A stretch of DNA of 64,000 nucleotides from NCBI RefSeq assembly GCF_016717175.1, contig NZ_JADKFZ010000004.1, one strand, 5' to 3'. The translations under genes and the position numbers were made by a program. This document shows, piece by piece, positions 59,990 through 64,000 of this stretch; within the stretch, counting starts at the first letter, position 1; each line of letters opens with the position of its first letter. Under the pieces are notes generated by a model. That model did not search any database and was not told the origin of the DNA. It was given only the letters and a program-made list of their open reading frames with translations. The DNA comes from Nannocystis sp. GTDB taxonomy: Bacteria; Myxococcota_A; Polyangia; Nannocystales; Nannocystaceae.

Positions 59990-60130
59990 GCGTCGATCAC
60001 ACGCGAGGCGCTGGCTCGACACGTGGCGAGCCAGGACCTCGGGGTCGCGTCGATCACACGCGCGAGGCAGGGGCGCAGTACGAGGTGAGGCAGGACCTGG
60101 GGCGTCGATCACACGCGCGAGGCAGGACCC
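59990..60130. promoter_or_regulatory. three ~55-bp imperfect tandem repeats, each containing GTCGATCACACGCG
   Basis: Copies at about 59993, 60049 and 60105 in the region upstream of the CAP-domain gene. The same core occurs twice at 11691-11758. Confidence 0.5.
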
Positions 60131-60140
60131 CGCGCGGGGC

Positions 60141-60179
60141 TTAAAAACATGTCGGGCCTGGGGGGGTCCCAGGCCCGAC
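60141..60179 (-). terminator. rho-independent terminator (12-bp GC stem + T-run on minus strand)
   Basis: Read directly from the sequence. Plus-strand ttaaaaacat precedes the hairpin, i.e. it is a U-run after the hairpin on the minus strand. Confidence 0.6.
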
Positions 60180-60370
60180 GGGGCAGCGGCAGTGTCTCAG
60201 GAGGCGTAAGGGTTAGGTCAAGGTAAGCGAGTGAGAAGCCAAGGTGTAAGCGGAGTAAGCCAAGTCGGGAGCGCGGGCAAATAAGCCAAGGAAAGTTGTG
60301 GAGGCGGGGTTCGTCGCATCCACGTCGACCGAGGTTGCACGCTGTGGTCCACGGGGCATAGCTTCGAGAT
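60141..60370 (-). ncRNA. candidate small non-coding RNA ending in an intrinsic terminator
   Basis: A lower-GC, non-coding stretch (poor codon usage in all frames) with repeated GTAAGC/AAGCCAAGG motifs. A perfect 12-bp-stem hairpin gtcgggcctggg-ggggt-cccaggcccgac (60151-60179) is followed on the minus strand by UGUUUUUAAG. Confidence 0.3.
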
Positions 60371-60482
60371 CATGAGGGATTTTCGCGGGTGCTCGGGACC
60401 GCGAGGGGGCGGCCGGACATCGCTGCCAGGGAGCATCGGGCGGCGGTCTGACGTCGCTGTCAGGGCCGCGATCGGCGAAGCT

Positions 60483-61061
60483 GTGGTGGTGGCTGGCGAC
60501 CTGGTCCGCATCAGCAAGTTCCTCAGCAAGCACTTGCGCCACGACCCGGCGGGGCTGGGGCTGACGCTCGAGGCGGGGGGCTGGGTGCCGGTCGACGGGC
60601 TGCTGGCGGCGTGTGCCCGGCGGGGTGTGGTGATCTCGCGCGAGCTGCTGGCGGAGGTCGTGGCTGGCAGCGACAAGCAGCGCTTCGCCTTCGATGCGGA
60701 GGGGCGGCGGATCCGGGCCAACCAGGGGCACAGCGTCGCGGTCGACCTGCAGCTGCGCCCGCAGACGCCGCCGGCGCGGCTGTTTCATGGCACGACGGCG
60801 GCGAGCCTGCCGGCGATCGAGCGCGAGGGGCTGCGCAAGATGCAGCGGCATCACGTGCACCTGTCGGCGGACGAGGCGACGGCGCGGCGGGTCGGCGGAC
60901 GGCGCGGGCGGGCTGTGCTGCTGGTGATCGACGCGGCGGCGATGCACGCGGCGGGGAGCTTGTTTTATTGCAGCGACAACGGCGTGTGGCTGGTCGAGGC
61001 GGTGGCGCCGGCGTATCTGCGCGTGCACGCGGCGACGGGCGCGGCTACTCGCCCTCGATGA
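60483..61061 (+). CDS. kptA: RNA 2'-phosphotransferase KptA/Tpt1
   Basis: LVRISKFLSKHLRHDP…GGWVPVDGLL…SDKQRFAF…RIRANQGHS…LFHGT…HVHLSADEATARRVG matches E. coli KptA over its full length. GTG 60483 is proposed as the start. The ATG 60372 extension has low GC3 (AGG GAT TTT…). Confidence 0.75.
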   Translation: MVVAGDLVRISKFLSKHLRHDPAGLGLTLEAGGWVPVDGLLAACARRGVVISRELLAEVVAGSDKQRFAFDAEGRRIRANQGHSVAVDLQLRPQTPPARLFHGTTAASLPAIEREGLRKMQRHHVHLSADEATARRVGGRRGRAVLLVIDAAAMHAAGSLFYCSDNGVWLVEAVAPAYLRVHAATGAATRPR

Positions 61062-61533
61062 TCACCGGGCTGGCGAAGCGGGACTTCAGCGGGGTGCCGT
61101 CGGGATAGTAGAAGTAGAACTCGACGCGGCGGTTGAGCTTGCGGCCGTCCTCGTTCTCGTTGCTGGCGGTGGGCTCGGCCTGGCCGCGCGACCCGATGTG
61201 CACGCGGGTGTGGTCGACCTTGCCGGCGGCCTTGTTGAGCAGGGCCTGGCGGAACTCGTGGGCGCGCTGGAGGCCGAGCTGCATGTTGCCGTTGGCGTTG
61301 CCGGTGGAGTCGGTGCGGCCGATGAGGAGGACGTGCAGCTCGGGGTTGCGCTCGAGCTCGGCGGCCGCCTGGGCGACGGCTGGACGGTCGGCGAAGTCCA
61401 GCTTCTTCGAGCCGGACTCGTAGTAGACGGCGGCGAGCTCGGGGGGCGGCGGCTGGCTGCCGGTGCCGCCGGCCTTGTTTTGGCCGGCGCAGGCGGCGAG
61501 GAGCAGGAGGGCGAGGGCGGTGCGGCGGACCAT
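61045..61533 (-). CDS. OmpA-family (peptidoglycan-associated) lipoprotein
   Basis: Lipobox LLLAAC. OmpA-like domain VLLIGRTDSTGNANGNMQLGLQRA…NRRVEF. Confidence 0.75.
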   Translation of the reverse strand: MVRRTALALLLLAACAGQNKAGGTGSQPPPPELAAVYYESGSKKLDFADRPAVAQAAAELERNPELHVLLIGRTDSTGNANGNMQLGLQRAHEFRQALLNKAAGKVDHTRVHIGSRGQAEPTASNENEDGRKLNRRVEFYFYYPDGTPLKSRFASPVIIEGE

Positions 61534-61610
61534 GGCCGCACTCTATACCGGGGACCGCGGGGCGTGAACCGAGGGCGTGCGGGCTGCCAGTCCGCGGACT
61601 TGTGGGCGGG

Positions 61611-62642
61611 CTACCAGTCGATGATGGCGGAGCCCCAGGTGAAGCCGGAGCCGAACGCGGCCATGGCGACCTTCATGCCGGGGCGCAGGCGGCCGTCGCG
61701 GACGCACTCGGCGAGCAGGATCGGGATCGTGGCGGCGGTGGTGTTGCCGTAGCGCTGGATGTTGTGGGGGATCTTCTCGTCCGGCACGTGCAGCTGGTGG
61801 GCGATGAACTGGTTGATCCGCATGTTCGCCTGATGGAACAGGAACAGGTCGATGTCCTCGATGCCGATGTTGTTGTTGCCGCAGGCGCGCATGAGGGCGC
61901 CGAGCATGGTGCCGACGGCGTGCTTGAACACCAGCTTGCCGTCCATGCTGGCCCACAGCATCTCGGGGGCGACGGTGCCGGAGCGGTCGGGGTTCTTGGG
62001 GATGAAGGGGCGCTTGCGGATGTCCCAGATCTTCTGGCAGAGGACCTCGGCGAAGCGGCCGTCGGCGCCGAGGTAGACGCCCCGCACGCCGCGGTCGGCG
62101 TCGGTGGCGGAGACGATGACGGCGCCGGCGCCGTCGCCGAACAGGGAGGAGACGGTGCGGCCGTCGGTGGAGAGGTCGAGGGCGGCGGAGTGGGTCTCGG
62201 CGCCGCACACGAGCACGTGCTTGGCCATGCCGGCGCGCACGTGGGCGACGGCGGTGGACAGGGCGTAGAGGAAGCCCGAGCACTGGTTGCGGACGTCGAG
62301 GGCCGGGACGAACTTGGCGTTGTCGCCGTCGCACAGGCCGAGCTTCTGTTGCAGGAAGACGCCGCTGCCGGGGAAGGCGTGCTCGGGGGAGAGCGTGGCG
62401 ACGATGATGAGGTCGAGGTCGTGGGGCTGGAGCGTGGCGGCGGCGAGGGCGTCGCGGGCGGCGAGGGCGGCCATGTCGGAGGTGCCGACGCCCTCGTCGG
62501 CGAAGCGCCGGGCCTCGATGCCGGTGCGCTGGACGATCCACTCGCTCGTGGTGTCGACGCCGTAGTTGCGGATGAGGTCGTCGTTGGTGACGACCCGCGG
62601 GGGGACGTAGAAGCCGGTCCCCGAGATGTAGGCTTGAACCAC
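61611..62642 (-). CDS. fabH: 3-oxoacyl-ACP synthase III
   Basis: ISGTGFYVP start. Active-site region NQCSGFLYAL (Cys). The His/Asn regions FHQANMRI and GNTTAATIP match. C-terminal FGSGFTWGSAIIDW. Confidence 0.9.
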   Translation of the reverse strand: MVQAYISGTGFYVPPRVVTNDDLIRNYGVDTTSEWIVQRTGIEARRFADEGVGTSDMAALAARDALAAATLQPHDLDLIIVATLSPEHAFPGSGVFLQQKLGLCDGDNAKFVPALDVRNQCSGFLYALSTAVAHVRAGMAKHVLVCGAETHSAALDLSTDGRTVSSLFGDGAGAVIVSATDADRGVRGVYLGADGRFAEVLCQKIWDIRKRPFIPKNPDRSGTVAPEMLWASMDGKLVFKHAVGTMLGALMRACGNNNIGIEDIDLFLFHQANMRINQFIAHQLHVPDEKIPHNIQRYGNTTAATIPILLAECVRDGRLRPGMKVAMAAFGSGFTWGSAIIDW

Positions 62643-62763
62643 GGCGTTGCTCCGGCGAAAAGTGCGGCGGAGTCTAACACGCGGGCGCGGGCGCCACAGC
62701 GGTCCGTGGGTCGGCCGGGCGTGAGACCTCGATGCCCGCGAGCGTCACGAGCTCGCCGACGCG

Positions 62764-64000
62764 TCAGTGGGTCCGCGGGGGTCCGCCGAGCGTGAGGCCA
62801 GGGGCCTTGGGGCCTGGCGGGTCGAACTTGTGAGGGTCGACGATCTTGGTGCCGAACAGCTTGATCTTGAGGGCGTCGCAATTGCTGCAGGCGGCCTTGG
62901 TCAGGAAGTCCTCGAGGACCTGCTTGCGGTGGGGCAGGAAGATCTGGTCGAGCTGCTCGGAGAGCGGGAAGCGGAGGCCGAACTCGCCGTCTTCGGTGAA
63001 CTCCTCGGTGGTCTGGACGAAGCCGAGGGTGGGGGCCCACTGCAGGCCGCCGCCGAGGTCGCCGTTCTCCGGGGTGTTGGCGTGCTCGTGGCAGCCGGCG
63101 CAGGACAGCGTGAGGGTGCGGTTCAGGATCTGGTCGGTAGTGACGCCGGGCTTGGTGATCGCGGCCTGGATCGCGTCGCGGAAGGGGGTGCCGTCGCCGG
63201 ACTGCAGGCGGTAGATGTCGAACACACCCTCGGAGCTGCTCTGGCCGGCGTTGAAGGTGCCGACGTCGGTGAGGAAGAAGCGGTTGACGTCGGTGACCTC
63301 GAGGTTCGGGACCTGCTTGAGGAACCACTTCTTGAAGGCCTCGCCGCCCTTGCCGGGGGAGGGGTCGGCGAACAGCTGGGGGAAGGGGTTGCTCTTGACG
63401 AGGGTGGGCTTGATGCAGGGGCCGAAGCCGCATTCGTGGGAGAACACGAACTCGCGGAGCTGCCACAGGTTCGGGTCCGGCATGAAGCTGTTGGTGCGGA
63501 TCTGGCCGCCCTTCGGCCCGTAGTTGTCGGCGTGGACGACCGGGCCAGCGCCGGCGCCGTCGCCGAAGTAGAAGTCCTCGAGGGCCTTGGCGCGCAGGGC
63601 CTCGGAGTCGATGTCGCTGAGCTTGGCCCAGGCCTGGGCGATCGGGCGGCAGCCCTCGACGCCGCAGGCGGGGAAGGGGTTCGGGAGGCTGGCCTCGAAG
63701 ATGATGAGGTTGCGGTTCTGGGAGTCGAAGGTGCCGGAGCGCTTGGCGAAGACGATGCGATACTCGCCGCAGTTGCTGCCGTCGGTGCGGGCGAGGTCGA
63801 AGCGGTTAAACAGGCCGATCGGGATGTAGCTGTCGGGGTTGTTGTCCGGGTCGCTGAAGGGGTCCGTGAAGGCGAGCGCGCCCTCGGGGCGCGGGCACTG
63901 GATCGGGAAGGCGCCGAGCGAGTTCTTGCCCTTGATGACGGTGTCGTCGCAGTGGAGGGCCTCGGGGAAGGCGGCGGCGTCGGAGGTGTTCATATAGTCC
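62764..64000 (-). CDS. hypothetical protein with a single CxxCH haem-binding motif (PSD1/DUF1592-like), 5' end outside the window
   Basis: LSCAGCHEHANTPENG (CxxCH). High-GC3 coding. The frame is open to the window edge upstream of the Met at 63993. Confidence 0.4.
   Translation of the reverse strand, partial: DYMNTSDAAAFPEALHCDDTVIKGKNSLGAFPIQCPRPEGALAFTDPFSDPDNNPDSYIPIGLFNRFDLARTDGSNCGEYRIVFAKRSGTFDSQNRNLIIFEASLPNPFPACGVEGCRPIAQAWAKLSDIDSEALRAKALEDFYFGDGAGAGPVVHADNYGPKGGQIRTNSFMPDPNLWQLREFVFSHECGFGPCIKPTLVKSNPFPQLFADPSPGKGGEAFKKWFLKQVPNLEVTDVNRFFLTDVGTFNAGQSSSEGVFDIYRLQSGDGTPFRDAIQAAITKPGVTTDQILNRTLTLSCAGCHEHANTPENGDLGGGLQWAPTLGFVQTTEEFTEDGEFGLRFPLSEQLDQIFLPHRKQVLEDFLTKAACSNCDALKIKLFGTKIVDPHKFDPPGPKAPGLTLGGPPRTH

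Noticed and set aside
60372-60482. ATG 60372 as the kptA start
   Set aside because: The extension has low GC3 (AGG GAT TTT… codons) unlike every confident gene here. KptA homology begins at about 60490. A GTG at 60483 with 193 aa matches the E. coli KptA length.
60213-61028. 271-aa minus-strand ORF across the candidate sRNA region
   Set aside because: Antisense to kptA. Its C-terminal part uses TTA/TTG/ACT/TTT codons that are foreign to this genome.
62764-64000. Calling the last ORF a multihaem c-type cytochrome
   Set aside because: Only one CxxCH motif was found in about 410 aa. The gene is truncated by the window, so only a cautious haem-binding-motif annotation is justified.

Overview
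This 64 kb window has about 72% GC and is densely coding, and it is almost certainly myxobacterial (Sorangiineae or Polyangiaceae-like). The taxonomic call rests on four proteins that end in a MYXO-CTERM-type sorting tail (a GCGC or CxC motif, then a hydrophobic helix, then an Arg-rich tail). Lipoproteins are also abundant, and about 90% of third codon positions are G or C. The six-frame track is dominated by spurious Arg/Pro/Ala-rich artefact ORFs; I called about 55 genes on protein-like composition, GC3 and recognisable motifs.

Housekeeping genes I recognise:
- cobA-hemD fusion
- mnmG, which carries an apparent 1-nt frameshift
- speE
- a phosphoglucomutase-family mutase
- mutS2
- fabH
- kptA
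- a large M16 zinc peptidase
- two SppA (S49 peptidase) paralogs that carry N-terminal extensions

Secreted and lipoprotein genes:
- M23 peptidase
- a TSP3-repeat protein
- a CAP-domain protein
- an OmpA-like protein
- a transglutaminase-like protein
- an LPMO-like protein whose mature N-terminus is His1
- tandem MYXO-CTERM metzincin-like paralogs
- a lipoprotein with two truncated-haemoglobin-like domains plus a P-domain

At 31.2-39.0 kb there is a 9-10 gene Mrp/Mbh-type multisubunit cation/proton antiporter operon on the minus strand. The order is mrpE-F-G, a DUF4040-MnhB gene, mrpC, three NuoL/M/N-like paralogs and a small 2-TM protein. Every junction overlaps as GTGA or ATGA. An MbtH-like gene ends the operon with no NRPS in sight.

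The most interesting locus is at 49.7-51.7 kb. It is a lower-GC two-gene module (about 60%): an ABC/AAA_21-type ATPase plus a TOPRIM-like partner, resembling OLD/PARIS-type phage-defence pairs. It is wedged by overlapping start/stop codons between the second SppA paralog and the M16 peptidase. Upstream of it is a GroES-fold gene that carries a poly-Asp insert.

Other unusual structures:
- a 70-nt poly-G tract
- several intergenic tandem repeats, including a 54-bp triplication of a gene junction that creates three alternative kinase start codons, and 36-bp repeats each carrying GGAGGG + ATG
- a recurring GTCGATCACACGCG motif
- a candidate terminator-bounded small RNA antisense to the kptA leader
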